Below, one piece after another: positions 1 through 8,893 of a stretch of DNA of 56,562 nucleotides (within the stretch, counting starts at the first letter, position 1; each line of letters opens with the position of its first letter). Location: positions 1 to 56,562 of the forward strand of contig CAYNCT010000004.1 in assembly GCA_964396005.1 (NCBI GenBank). Reading direction: 5' to 3'. The translations under genes and the position numbers were made by a program. This stretch comes from an uncultured Verrucomicrobiota bacterium (GTDB lineage Bacteria; Verrucomicrobiota; Verrucomicrobiia; Limisphaerales; J093). The notes under the pieces were generated by a model, which saw only the letters and a program-made list of their open reading frames with translations, was not told where the DNA came from and made no database searches.

Positions 1-768
1 CGCGTAGCGGTGGGCGCTGGGCAGCCATTCCGCGACGATTTGCTCGTGACAACCGGCGGTGCCGCAGGTGCGCGAGCCGGCCAGGGAGTGCGCGTCGAAG
101 GCCCCGCCGGTGTCCGTCTTGGCCAGGCTGGGGGCGAAGGGCCGGTTGGTTCCGTAAAGGAAGCTGTAGTCCAGCGGGAAGACATTGTGGTATTTCGCGC
201 CAGAATAGATCAGTGCCAGCCCGTAGCACGCCACCACGCCCAGCACCGCCAGCCCCGCCGCGGGGATCAGGCCCCGTGTCCGAATGGGAACGGCAGCCGT
301 CTTGCGCTGGCGGAGGAACGAAGTCACCAGGTGCGGCACCAACCCGGCCACCATCACCAGGGTCGAGACGAGGTGAAAGTTACGCCAGAACGCGGTGGTC
401 CTCACTCCGACGACCGCCTGCACCGTGAGTACCACGCCCGAGGCGGACACCACCGCCAGCCCTGCGAGCGCCACCCAGCCCAACACGGTGACGTGGGAGG
501 CCGGGTAAGTCCGGTAATCGGCGATGTGCCGCAAGCCATACCACGCCACCGGCAGCAAGAACGCGGCGCCCAGGGCGGTGTGAAGCAACACGCTCCATTG
601 CACCGCTGGGTGAAACGGCGCCACCGTGATGGCCAACCCGGTCAAGGTCTCGAACAGCAGCGCCGCCAGCGTCAGGCGTACCAGCCAGTGGTCCCAGCCG
701 GTGCGCAGGTGTTCTTTGAGATCGGGCGGATGTTTCACGGAAGGCGCGTTGGGATTTGGATTGGTCAT
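1..768 (-). CDS. Membrane-bound cytochrome: N-terminal ~5-TM cytochrome b-like domain followed by a c-type heme domain (3' part runs off the window)
   Basis: Absent from the ORF track because there is no stop in the window. ATG at 768 gives MTNPNPNAPSVKHPPDLKEHLRTGWDHWLVRLTLAALLFETLTGLAITVAPF..., with five hydrophobic helices, His in helices 2 and 4 (LLHTALG..GLRHI; NFHLVSTLVMVAGLVPHL), then GSRTCGTAGCHEQIVAEWLPSAHRYA (CX4CH at 46-66). Confidence 0.8.
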   Translation of the reverse strand, partial: MTNPNPNAPSVKHPPDLKEHLRTGWDHWLVRLTLAALLFETLTGLAITVAPFHPAVQWSVLLHTALGAAFLLPVAWYGLRHIADYRTYPASHVTVLGWVALAGLAVVSASGVVLTVQAVVGVRTTAFWRNFHLVSTLVMVAGLVPHLVTSFLRQRKTAAVPIRTRGLIPAAGLAVLGVVACYGLALIYSGAKYHNVFPLDYSFLYGTNRPFAPSLAKTDTGGAFDAHSLAGSRTCGTAGCHEQIVAEWLPSAHRYA

Positions 769-803
769 ACGGGGTGACTGCTGCCGTTGCCAGGAACGCG
801 GTC

Positions 804-845
804 AGCCTACCCCGGCCCAGCAGAGAAGAACTTGATGCCGGTCAA
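804..845 (-). promoter_or_regulatory. Candidate FNR/CRP-family class II promoter for the cytochrome
   Basis: Minus strand TTGAC-CGGC-ATCAA (832-845) matches 9/10 of the FNR consensus TTGAT-N4-ATCAA. A -10-like TAGGCT at 804-809 puts the box centre at about -41.5 from a TSS near 797. Confidence 0.6.
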
Positions 846-1147
846 CCGACTGACTAAACCACGCGCCAACAAGGAAGGCGCCCGATACGACCGTCCGAGG
901 AAGAGGCGGGCCGAGAATGCCGACTCCGGGGTTGGAAGGATGCCGCTTCGGCGAGCGACCAGAACCAGCCTTGCGCGGGGACACGGAGGAAGCCGTCCAA
1001 GCCAGGCGCGCGCGGCTCAGGAGCGTTGGGTCGCTCGGGGATCGGCGTTCCTCCCAAGGTCAGACCTCGGACTCCGAACTTACTTCCAACCTTGCCCCTC
1101 CCCTATTCCGCCCTGCCGCGTGCTCCGGAGGCGCGGCCGTCCGGAGC

Positions 1148-2086
1148 TCACGAAGAATTCCCCGCCGGCGCCAGTTGGCTGAGTTCACGCGCTTCACGCC
1201 GGCGGATCGTGGCTTCCACCTTCGGGACATACATCTGGGTCTCTGCCGGCAGGTGCGGCGAGACGGCGTCGAAAGTCCGGGCACCTCGCGCCGCGAGAGT
1301 GCGGCGGAGCCGGCCTTCGCCGCAGTTGTAGGCCGCCAGCGACAAGCGCCAGTCCCGGAACCGGCCGAACAGATACCGAAGGTAGCGGCCCGCCGCGCGT
1401 GCGCTCTTGCGCGGCTCGAGTCGTTCGTCAATCGGGGTAAGCGCCAGTCCATAGCTGCGCGCCGTGGCGGGCATCAACTGAAAGAGGCCGACCGCGCCGG
1501 CCGGACTGCGCGCGGAAGGGTTGAATGACGATTCCACCTCCGCAATCCACACCAATTCGCCCGGTACCCGCTCGCCCGCAAACACGGGTTGCAGTTGCTT
1601 GACCATCGCCGTCGCGCGCTCCGGAGGCGGCCGTCGTTCGAGCTGCTTGCGCCACGCCCGGCGTTGCCGTTCGGCAGACGGGTTGACCCGCGGGGGCAAC
1701 GGTTCGCCCGGTCGGGGCCGGGGCGGGGGTGTCTCGGCTCGCAATTCCTCGGCCACGTCGAGGTAGTCGAGCCGCGTCCGCAGCCAGTCCGCCAGAGGAG
1801 CGGTACGGGCGTTCTGCGCGAGGAGCGGCACGAGGTTCGTGGCGGTCTGGCGAATCGCTGCCAGGTCGAGCACATATTCTCCGCCCAGCCGCTCCTGAAT
1901 CCTCCGCAGCACCCGTTGAAGCTGGTCGAGGTCCAGTTGCTGAAGCGACTGCGCGAGGCGCGGGTCGAGGTTTTCTTCCGCCCACGACCGGCCCAGTTCC
2001 AGGAGCTCCCCGAGTCCCAATTCGTCCTGCGCCCGGGCGACGCCCGCCAGCGCCAGCAACCCACCCATGAAGTCACGACGCCTCAT
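1148..2086 (-). CDS. Lytic transglycosylase (SLT/MltD-like) with twin-arginine-like signal
   Basis: AEVESSFNPSARSPAGAVGLFQLMPATA (catalytic Glu, GLxQ) and AAYNCGEG. Start moved to ATG 2086 (MRRRDFMGGLLALAGVARA). Confidence 0.9.
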   Translation of the reverse strand: MRRRDFMGGLLALAGVARAQDELGLGELLELGRSWAEENLDPRLAQSLQQLDLDQLQRVLRRIQERLGGEYVLDLAAIRQTATNLVPLLAQNARTAPLADWLRTRLDYLDVAEELRAETPPPRPRPGEPLPPRVNPSAERQRRAWRKQLERRPPPERATAMVKQLQPVFAGERVPGELVWIAEVESSFNPSARSPAGAVGLFQLMPATARSYGLALTPIDERLEPRKSARAAGRYLRYLFGRFRDWRLSLAAYNCGEGRLRRTLAARGARTFDAVSPHLPAETQMYVPKVEATIRRREARELSQLAPAGNSS

Positions 2087-2169
2087 GCGTCCAGCGGACC
2101 CGGACGCCGCGTCTTCCGCCGTCCGGATCGGAACGAGCGGGCTGGGACCCAAGGTCGGTTCGGCCGCTC

Positions 2170-2198
2170 TGGATTCCGGCCGACCGTCGCAGTAATCT
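2170..2198 (+). promoter_or_regulatory. Candidate sigma70 promoter for the gamma-CA/oxidoreductase/HEAT cluster
   Basis: TGGATT-N17-TAATCT, ending 12 nt before ATG 2211. Confidence 0.4.
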
Positions 2199-2210
2199 CT
2201 GCCCGGCCTC

Positions 2211-2759
2211 ATGCAAAAGCTGGAACAGCAACTCGACCGCTTCCTGCGCCGGTCTCCGACCGTCGGGGAAGGGGTGTACATCGCCCGGACCGCCGTGGTG
2301 GTTGGCGACGTGACGCTCGGTCAAGGCGCCAGCGTTTGGTACCACGCGGTGCTGCGCGGCGACATCAACCGCATCGTCGTGGGACAGTACTCCAACGTGC
2401 AGGACAACGCGGTGCTGCATCTGGCGGACGATTATCCGTGCCTGGTGGGGGACTGGGTAACGATCGGTCACGGAGCGATCGTCCACGCCTGCACCGTGGA
2501 GGACGAAGTGCTGATCGGCATGGGCGCGACGATCCTGGACGGGGCCGCGATTGGCGCGCAGTCCATCGTGGGCGCCAACGCCCTGGTAACCCAGGGCACG
2601 CGGATTCCGCCCGGCTCGCTGGTGCTTGGAGCGCCCGCGAAGGTGGTCCGGGTCCTGACCGCCGAGCAGCGGGCCGGGATCCGTTGGTGGGCGGAGAAGT
2701 ATGTGGGCAACGCCGCGTACTGCCTGAAACACGGGATCAACGTCGGGGGACCGATGTAA
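2211..2759 (+). CDS. Gamma carbonic anhydrase family protein (YrdA/PaaY-like)
   Basis: Hexapeptide repeats; NVQDNAVLH and TIGHGAIVHAC supply the three Zn-binding His. Confidence 0.92.
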   Translation: MQKLEQQLDRFLRRSPTVGEGVYIARTAVVVGDVTLGQGASVWYHAVLRGDINRIVVGQYSNVQDNAVLHLADDYPCLVGDWVTIGHGAIVHACTVEDEVLIGMGATILDGAAIGAQSIVGANALVTQGTRIPPGSLVLGAPAKVVRVLTAEQRAGIRWWAEKYVGNAAYCLKHGINVGGPM

Positions 2760-2808
2760 TTTGCTGGTCCGATTCAGCCGGCCACCCGTAGATTGTCCGA
2801 AACGCACC

Positions 2809-4170
2809 ATGACTCACCGCCGCCTCCACCGCCGCAGTTTCCTCCGACGCTCGGGCGCCACCCTTCTGGGACTGGGCTCGCTCAGCGTACCGCAACTAAT
2901 CCCGCCCCGGGTCCTCGGAGCCGCCTACTCGACTCCCAGCGCCAAGGACCGGCTGAACATCGCAATGATCGGCGTTGGCGGCATGGGCAACGGGCATCTG
3001 GGCTACATGCTCGCCCGGCAGTCCCGCGGCGATGTGAACGTGGTCGCCGTGTGCGACGTGGATGACCAGCGGCTGGCGAGCGCGGTGAAAAGCACCGGCG
3101 GCAAGGCCACGCCGTACCGCGATTACCGCTACATCCTGGAGCGCCGGGACGTGGACGCGGTCGTCATCGCCACGCCGGACCATTGGCACGCCTGCCAAAC
3201 CGTCCACGCCTGCGAGTCGGGCAAGCACGTGTACGTGGAGAAACCTGCGTGCGGCACAATCGAGGAGGGCAAGGCCATGATGCGAGCCGCGCGCGACAAT
3301 CGGCGCTGCGTGCAGGTGGGCTCTCAGGGCCGCTCGCAGCGCGAGGCCTTTTACGCGCACCAGTACATCGCCAACGGCATGCTGGGTCGCGTCCACACCG
3401 TGAAGTGCTGGCACTACGCCACGCCATCCGATGACCAGCCGGTGCCCGACAGCGAGCCGCCGCGGGAATTGGACTGGGACCTGTGGCTGGGTCCCCTGCC
3501 CTGGCGTCCTTACAACGCCCGTTACCTGCACGGCGTTTTTCGCTGGCTGCTGGAGTCCGGCGGCGGCCAGATTCGCGACCGTGGCGCCCACGTGATGAGC
3601 AACGCGCTGCACTTCCTCGGCGCCGATGACACCGGACCGGTCACCATCGAAACCAAGGGACGCGTGCCCACGCGCGGCTTGTGGGATTCGGCGATCGAAA
3701 TGGAGGTGACCTACCAGTTCAAGAACCCCGACTGGACGCTCATTTGGGCTCAACCGGGCGAAATGGTGCCCTACCCGGATCGCGAACGGGTGAAGAACGA
3801 GGGCATTCGCGAGGGCTACGGCGCGGTCTATTACGGCGACAAAGACAAACTGGTGGTCTGGGTCGGCGACGGCCAGGTGTACACCGAGAAAAAGGCCCTC
3901 GAGTATCAGCCGCCACCGGGCGGGGTCCAGGTGCCGAAGAGCCCGCGGTTCGATCACCACGAAGACTGGTTTGAGGGCATCAAGACCGGACGCAAGACCA
4001 TCATGAACATCGAGGCCGGGGTGGCCACGGCAAACCTGTGCGTGCTGGGCAACCTTTCGCTCATCCTGGGCCGCAAGCTCAACTGGGATCCCGTGACACG
4101 TGAAATTGTGGGCGATGAGGCCGCCCGACGCTTGATGAGCCGTCCCCAACGGTATCCCTACGTGCTTTGA
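2809..4170 (+). CDS. Gfo/Idh/MocA family oxidoreductase, Tat signal
   Basis: MTHRRLHRRSFLRRSG Tat motif; IGVGGMG Rossmann motif, IATPDHWH, VYVEKP, LDWDLWLGP. Start moved to ATG 2809. Confidence 0.92.
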   Translation: MTHRRLHRRSFLRRSGATLLGLGSLSVPQLIPPRVLGAAYSTPSAKDRLNIAMIGVGGMGNGHLGYMLARQSRGDVNVVAVCDVDDQRLASAVKSTGGKATPYRDYRYILERRDVDAVVIATPDHWHACQTVHACESGKHVYVEKPACGTIEEGKAMMRAARDNRRCVQVGSQGRSQREAFYAHQYIANGMLGRVHTVKCWHYATPSDDQPVPDSEPPRELDWDLWLGPLPWRPYNARYLHGVFRWLLESGGGQIRDRGAHVMSNALHFLGADDTGPVTIETKGRVPTRGLWDSAIEMEVTYQFKNPDWTLIWAQPGEMVPYPDRERVKNEGIREGYGAVYYGDKDKLVVWVGDGQVYTEKKALEYQPPPGGVQVPKSPRFDHHEDWFEGIKTGRKTIMNIEAGVATANLCVLGNLSLILGRKLNWDPVTREIVGDEAARRLMSRPQRYPYVL

Positions 4171-4210
4171 ACTGCAACCCGACCTCGCCCTTCCACCCGC
4201 TCTGAATCCC

Positions 4211-4834
4211 ATGAAAGCGAACTCTCCAATCGCGCTCGGCGTCGCGCTCACCACGGCCGCCACCCTCGGCCCGGCCGCGGACAGTTCTGCCGTGGACGCG
4301 CTGCTGGCCAAAATCCGGAACCCCGACGACAAGATTCGCGGCCCCGCCTGGCAGGGCGCCGGCCCCCTCGGCGCACCCGCGGTTGTTCCGCTGGCCGCCG
4401 TGATGACCGATCCCGACTTCGAGGTCGCCCGCTGTGCCCGCCGGGCGATCGAGGTGATTGTGCGGCACGCCGGCCGGCCGGGAGCGGAAGCCGAGCGTCG
4501 CGCCGTGGCAGGCGAACTGGTCAAGCTGCTGAGCAGCGACGCCCTCGCGGTGCGCCGCCACGCCCTGTGGATGCTTTCTGAGATTGGCGACGACGAGGCC
4601 GTGCCCGCGATAGCCCGCCTGTTACGCGATGCCGACGCCCGGGAAGACGCCCGCTGCGCCCTGGACCGGATTCCGGGCCCGCCCGCGACCGAGGCGCTCA
4701 AAAACGCTTTCGCCGCCAGCCCGGAGGATTTCAAATACGCCCTCGCCCACAGCCTGCGCCTCCGCGGCGAGCGGGTGGACGGTTATCCCTCCCGAAAACT
4801 GGTGCCGACCAAGAAGACCTCGGTGACAGCGTGA
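4211..4834 (+). CDS. Secreted HEAT-repeat (PBS-lyase-like) protein
   Basis: Signal-peptide-like N-terminus; repeats such as VRRHALWMLSEIG and AREDARCALDRIPG. Confidence 0.8.
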   Translation: MKANSPIALGVALTTAATLGPAADSSAVDALLAKIRNPDDKIRGPAWQGAGPLGAPAVVPLAAVMTDPDFEVARCARRAIEVIVRHAGRPGAEAERRAVAGELVKLLSSDALAVRRHALWMLSEIGDDEAVPAIARLLRDADAREDARCALDRIPGPPATEALKNAFAASPEDFKYALAHSLRLRGERVDGYPSRKLVPTKKTSVTA

Positions 4835-4888
4835 GTCGGGCGGATCAGGGAATCGTCCCGGCAATCGTCCGCCACGACTCGAAACGAA

Positions 4889-4914
4889 CCGGGCGACCGT
4901 TGCGGGTCGCCCGG
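4889..4914. terminator. GC-rich hairpin between convergent HEAT and ilvB genes
   Basis: CCGGGCGACC-gttgcg-GGTCGCCCGG is a perfect 10-bp stem. Only a weak U-run (TTCGTTTCG) follows on the minus strand. Confidence 0.5.
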
Positions 4915-4945
4915 GGCCGCCGAAGCACAGCGGACCGCCCGCCGA

Positions 4946-6757
4946 TCAATAGATCATGTCCTTGACCGTGCGACCGGCCGGGATGAACGGCAGCACGTGC
5001 TCGGTGTAGGGCGTGATCACATCGAGGACGTAGGGTTCATCGGTGTCGAGCATCCGCTGGATCGCGGCGCGGAGGTCGCGACGATAGAGCACCCGCTCGC
5101 ACTTCACGTTGAACGCCTTCGAAATGGCGACGAAGTCCGGATAGATCTGTTGGGCATTTGCCGGGTCTCCGAGGTAGGTGTTGCCCCGGGTGCCGCCGTA
5201 AAACCGATCCTCCCACTGCACCACCATCCCAAGGTGCTGGTTGTTCAAGACCAGCGCCTTGGCGGCGACTCCTTCGATGTGAGCCATGGCCAGCTCCTGG
5301 ATGTTCATCAGGAACGATCCGTCGCCATCAATGTCAATCACCTCCCGGTCCGGACAGGCCACCTTGGCGCCGATGGCGGCCGGGTAACCGAATCCCATCG
5401 CGCCCAGGCCCGCGCTGGTGATGAACTGCCGCGGCTCGGAAAAGTGGTAAAACTGCCCCGCCCACATCTGATGCTGACCGACGCCGGTGGTGATGATGGC
5501 TTCCCCGCGGGAAAGCTCGTAAAGCAGCGCGATCGCCTCCTGGGGAAGGATGACGTCGGCCGTGTTGCCGTTCATGTGATCGCGCACGTGCTGGGACTTG
5601 AGCACCTCGTCGGTGACCTGGTATCGGAACGGCGCCTTGGCTTTCCATTCGGCGATCTGGTTGTGCCAGGCGGTGAACTTCTTCCGCACGCGTTGCTCCG
5701 CCAACATCTGATTGAGGCGCCGGAGGGCGTAATGAATGTCGCTGTGGATGGGGAATTGAACGCGCCGGTTCTTGTTGATCTCCGATTCGTCCAGGTCCAC
5801 ATGCACGATGGTCCCGTGCTCGCAGAACTTGTCCACCTTGCCGGTGACGCGGTCGTCGAAACGCACCCCAAACGCCAGCAGGAGATCGGCCGCATTGACC
5901 GCCCAGTTGGCGTACGCGGCGCCATGCATGCCCAACCACTTTAAGGACAGCGGGTCGGTTTCCGGGTACGCCCCGCAACCCATGATGGTGGTGGTCACGG
6001 GAACGCCCGTGGAGCGGGCAAACTTCCGCAGCTCCTCCGCGGCGCCGCTGGTGATGATCCCGCCGCCACAGTAAAGCACTGGCCGCTCCGCTTTTTCGAT
6101 GAGGCCGAGGATGGGAGCCAGCTCGTCGTCCGTCGCCCGGTAGGTCGGGTTGTAGCCGCGGAGATTGACTTCCGCCGGAAAGGATGCGCGCGCTCGTTGC
6201 TGTTGGATGTTCTTGGGCACATCAATCACCACCGGCCCGGGCCGGCCGCTCTCCGCGATGTAGAACGCCTCTTTGACCACCCGGGGAATGTCGTTGATGT
6301 CGGTGACCAGGTAACTGTGCTTCACGATGGGCAGCGTGACGCCAAAGATGTCAGTCTCCTGAAAAGCGCCTTTGCCGATCATCGCCTGCGGCACCTGGCC
6401 GGTGATGGCCACCAAGGGCACCGAGTCCATGTACGCGTCCGCAATGCCGGTCACCAGGTTGGTGGCACCGGGCCCGCTGGTGGCCATGCACACGCCCGCC
6501 TTGCCGGTTGCGCGGGCGTAACCTTCCGCGGCGAAGGTGCCGCCCTGCTCGTGCCGGGGCAGCAGCACGCGGATCTTGGATCGGGTCAGCGCCTGGTGAA
6601 TTTCCATGCTGGCGCCGCCGGGATAGGCGAAGATGTACTCGACGCCCGCCTTTTCGAGGCTGGCGACGAGCAGCTCGCTGCCGGCCCTTTCCCGCGTTGC
6701 GGCGTCGGGCGCCTTGCGGGGTTTCTGCCTGGATTTCGTCTTGGTTGCCTTGCTCAT
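4946..6757 (-). CDS. ilvB: Acetolactate synthase large (catalytic) subunit
   Basis: [60 protein letters not shown]. Start moved to ATG 6757. Confidence 0.96.
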   Translation of the reverse strand: MSKATKTKSRQKPRKAPDAATRERAGSELLVASLEKAGVEYIFAYPGGASMEIHQALTRSKIRVLLPRHEQGGTFAAEGYARATGKAGVCMATSGPGATNLVTGIADAYMDSVPLVAITGQVPQAMIGKGAFQETDIFGVTLPIVKHSYLVTDINDIPRVVKEAFYIAESGRPGPVVIDVPKNIQQQRARASFPAEVNLRGYNPTYRATDDELAPILGLIEKAERPVLYCGGGIITSGAAEELRKFARSTGVPVTTTIMGCGAYPETDPLSLKWLGMHGAAYANWAVNAADLLLAFGVRFDDRVTGKVDKFCEHGTIVHVDLDESEINKNRRVQFPIHSDIHYALRRLNQMLAEQRVRKKFTAWHNQIAEWKAKAPFRYQVTDEVLKSQHVRDHMNGNTADVILPQEAIALLYELSRGEAIITTGVGQHQMWAGQFYHFSEPRQFITSAGLGAMGFGYPAAIGAKVACPDREVIDIDGDGSFLMNIQELAMAHIEGVAAKALVLNNQHLGMVVQWEDRFYGGTRGNTYLGDPANAQQIYPDFVAISKAFNVKCERVLYRRDLRAAIQRMLDTDEPYVLDVITPYTEHVLPFIPAGRTVKDMIY

Positions 6758-6791
6758 GGTTGTGGGGTTTGCGCCGGCTAACGACGCGGGC

Positions 6792-6826
6792 AACAAAAAA
6801 CCCACGACCGTCTGCCAGCCGTGGGT
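6792..6826 (-). terminator. Attenuator terminator upstream of ilvB
   Basis: Minus strand ACCCACG-gctggcagacggt-CGTGGGT-TTTTTGTT: a 7-bp stem extendable by wobble pairs plus a U-tract, between the leader peptide stop (6846) and the ilvB start (6757). Confidence 0.8.
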
Positions 6827-6845
6827 GTTTTTGTCAGATGCTTGC

Positions 6846-6926
6846 TCAGGCTCGACAAACTCCCGCAGCGGCGTCGCGGCGTACCACGACTACCGTCCCG
6901 AGAATCAGCCGAACCACGTTCAACAT
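6846..6926 (-). CDS. ilvB leader (attenuator) peptide, 26 aa
   Basis: ATG 6926 to TGA 6846 encodes [26 protein letters not shown]. Ten of the first 15 codons are Val/Leu/Ile, including GTA GTC GTG GTA. Confidence 0.8.
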   Translation of the reverse strand: MLNVVRLILGTVVVVRRDAAAGVCRA

Positions 6927-6932
6927 GGAGCC

Positions 6933-6961
6933 ACGCTAGGCGAGCAGCCGCCGGCGGTCAA
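6933..6961 (-). promoter_or_regulatory. Sigma70-type promoter giving a probably leaderless leader-peptide mRNA
   Basis: TTGACC-N17-TAGCGT-GGCTCC-ATG. The -35 overlaps the LysR stop codon. Confidence 0.65.
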
Positions 6962-7845
6962 GCCGGGTTTGGTTCCTTGAGCATGGCGATGAATTGCTTC
7001 AAGGCCGTGGACAGGACCTTGTTCTTCTTGTGAATGGCCGCGATGGGACGGGCGAGCTCGGCGTCCTCGATGGGGATGACCGCCAGCGTCTGCTTGCTGG
7101 CCTCCTGTTGCGTGGTCGTCAGCGGCACGATCGAAATGCCGGCATCAATTTCCACCGCCCGTTTCACGGTCTCGACGTTGTCGAACTCCATGACCGGCAT
7201 CACCTGAACGCCGTGCTCGCGCAGCACCTTGTCAATCGCCTTGCGCGTGGGGATGTCCGGTTCGAACGCCACGAACTTCTGGCCGGCAATGGCGCTGACC
7301 TTGACCGATTTGCTCCGGGCCAGGGGATGCTGGGGATGACAAATCAGAACCATCGGCTCCTTCTTGAGCGGCACAATCTCCAGCTTGGCGTCACGCGCCG
7401 GATACGCCACCAGTCCGACGTCCACAACGTTGCCGAGCACGTCCTCGTACACCTTGTTGGCCCGCCGGTATTCGACGTGGATGTTCACCGTGGGATAGGC
7501 CTTGAGGTATCGCTTGAGGTACGGCGGCAGGTCGTGCAGGCCGATGCTGTAGATCGTCGCCACCCGGATGGTGCCCGAGATGATGTCCTTCAACTCCTGA
7601 AGCTGGCTGTGGAGCCGGTCGTAGGTTTGCACGATCTCCTTGCTGGCGTCGTACAAAACCTGCCCTTCCCGCGTGAGTCTGAATCGCTTCTTGCTCCGCT
7701 CGATCAGCAGCGCCTTGAACTGGCGTTCGAGGGAACTGATTTGCTGGCTGACCGCGGACTGGGTGATGTGGTTGATTTGAGCCGCTTTGGTGAAGCTCTC
7801 CGTTTCCGTCAGATCGCAAAAGACTTTGAGGCTTTCGATTTGCAT
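6958..7845 (-). CDS. LysR family transcriptional regulator
   Basis: N-terminal HTH (ESFTKAAQINHITQSAVSQQISSLE); substrate-binding domain FDNVETVKRAVEIDAGISIVP. Start moved to ATG 7845. Confidence 0.95.
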   Translation of the reverse strand: MQIESLKVFCDLTETESFTKAAQINHITQSAVSQQISSLERQFKALLIERSKKRFRLTREGQVLYDASKEIVQTYDRLHSQLQELKDIISGTIRVATIYSIGLHDLPPYLKRYLKAYPTVNIHVEYRRANKVYEDVLGNVVDVGLVAYPARDAKLEIVPLKKEPMVLICHPQHPLARSKSVKVSAIAGQKFVAFEPDIPTRKAIDKVLREHGVQVMPVMEFDNVETVKRAVEIDAGISIVPLTTTQQEASKQTLAVIPIEDAELARPIAAIHKKNKVLSTALKQFIAMLKEPNPA

Positions 7846-7851
7846 GAGGCG

Positions 7852-7880
7852 AGTTAACAGCGCAATCACCTGGCCGTCAA
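7852..7880 (-). promoter_or_regulatory. Sigma70-type promoter, probably leaderless LysR mRNA
   Basis: TTGACG-N17-TTAACT-CGCCTC-ATG. TTAACT is the -10 hexamer of the E. coli trp promoter. Confidence 0.6.
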
Positions 7881-7911
7881 CCCCATTAATGCCCGGCGGT
7901 TCCGACGGTCA

Positions 7912-8859
7912 TTAGCGGCCATCTTCCTGCCGATTTGCGGGCCTTGGACACTGCCGCGACCCCCTCCCGGCCCTCGCCGCTCCGCCGCCTGCCGACACCA
8001 GGCGAACGAACTCCCCGATCAGGCGTCCCGCGTCAGTCCCGGCCGCTCGGCCACAAGCCAACACCTCCGCGTGCGACAACGCTCCGCGGCTCAGCCCTGC
8101 GGCCCGGTTCGCGATGAGCGACAACCCCGCCACGCGCAAGCCGCATTGGCGCGCGACGATGGCCTCCGCCACCGTGCTCATCCCCACCGCGTCCGCTCCG
8201 AGTCGCCGGAAGGCTCGAATCTCCGCCGGTGTCTCGAAAGACGGACCGGCCACCGCCAGATAGACTCCCTGGCGCGCCTCCAGCCCGGCCGCAGCAGCAG
8301 CCCGCCGAAGCAGGGCGCGCAACTCGCGATCATACACACAGCTCAGATCCACAAAGCGTTCCAGACCGGGAAACGGCAAACCGGTCAACGGATTGACGCC
8401 CTGAAAATTGATGTGGTCGCGAATGATCATGAAGCGCCCCGGGGTGAGTTGGGGGTGAATGCCGCCGGCAGCGTTGGTCAGCAAGACCAATCCCACCCCC
8501 AGCGCAGCCAACACTCGCATCGGTCGCGCCACCTCCGCCGCGGAGAATCCCTCGTAAAGATGCGCCCGGCCCGCCAGAAACAGCACCGACTCCCGATGAA
8601 CCCGCCCGACTACGAAGGCCCCGGGGTGGCCGTCCACAGCCCCCGAAACCAGCCCTGGCACCTCGGCAAAGGGAATTGTCTGCTCGAGGGGCAGCGACTT
8701 GAGGAGGTCGGCAAAGCCGCTGCCGAGAACCACGGCCAGGCCCGGTCGCCCCGGCAAACGCTCGCGCAGAAATCCGGCCGCCGCCACTTGCTCCGCGCCG
8801 ACCGCGCGCAGGGTCCGGGGCGCCGCCGACGATAAACGGCGTTGTCTGGAGCGGTTCAT
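7912..8859 (-). CDS. punA: Purine nucleoside phosphorylase (trimeric PNP/MTAP family)
   Basis: VVLGSG, GRAHLYEG, TNAAGG, DHINF, GPSFETPAEI, VGMSTVAE. Start uncertain (ATG 8859 chosen). Confidence 0.92.
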   Translation of the reverse strand: MNRSRQRRLSSAAPRTLRAVGAEQVAAAGFLRERLPGRPGLAVVLGSGFADLLKSLPLEQTIPFAEVPGLVSGAVDGHPGAFVVGRVHRESVLFLAGRAHLYEGFSAAEVARPMRVLAALGVGLVLLTNAAGGIHPQLTPGRFMIIRDHINFQGVNPLTGLPFPGLERFVDLSCVYDRELRALLRRAAAAAGLEARQGVYLAVAGPSFETPAEIRAFRRLGADAVGMSTVAEAIVARQCGLRVAGLSLIANRAAGLSRGALSHAEVLACGRAAGTDAGRLIGEFVRLVSAGGGAARAGRGSRQCPRPANRQEDGR

Positions 8860-8893
8860 GTGCGAAGAATCACGCCCAGACAGTATCTGGCCC

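Noticed and set aside
10-777. 255-aa plus-strand ORF
   Set aside because: It is a shadow of the minus-strand cytochrome frame and is Arg/His/Gly-rich with no motifs.
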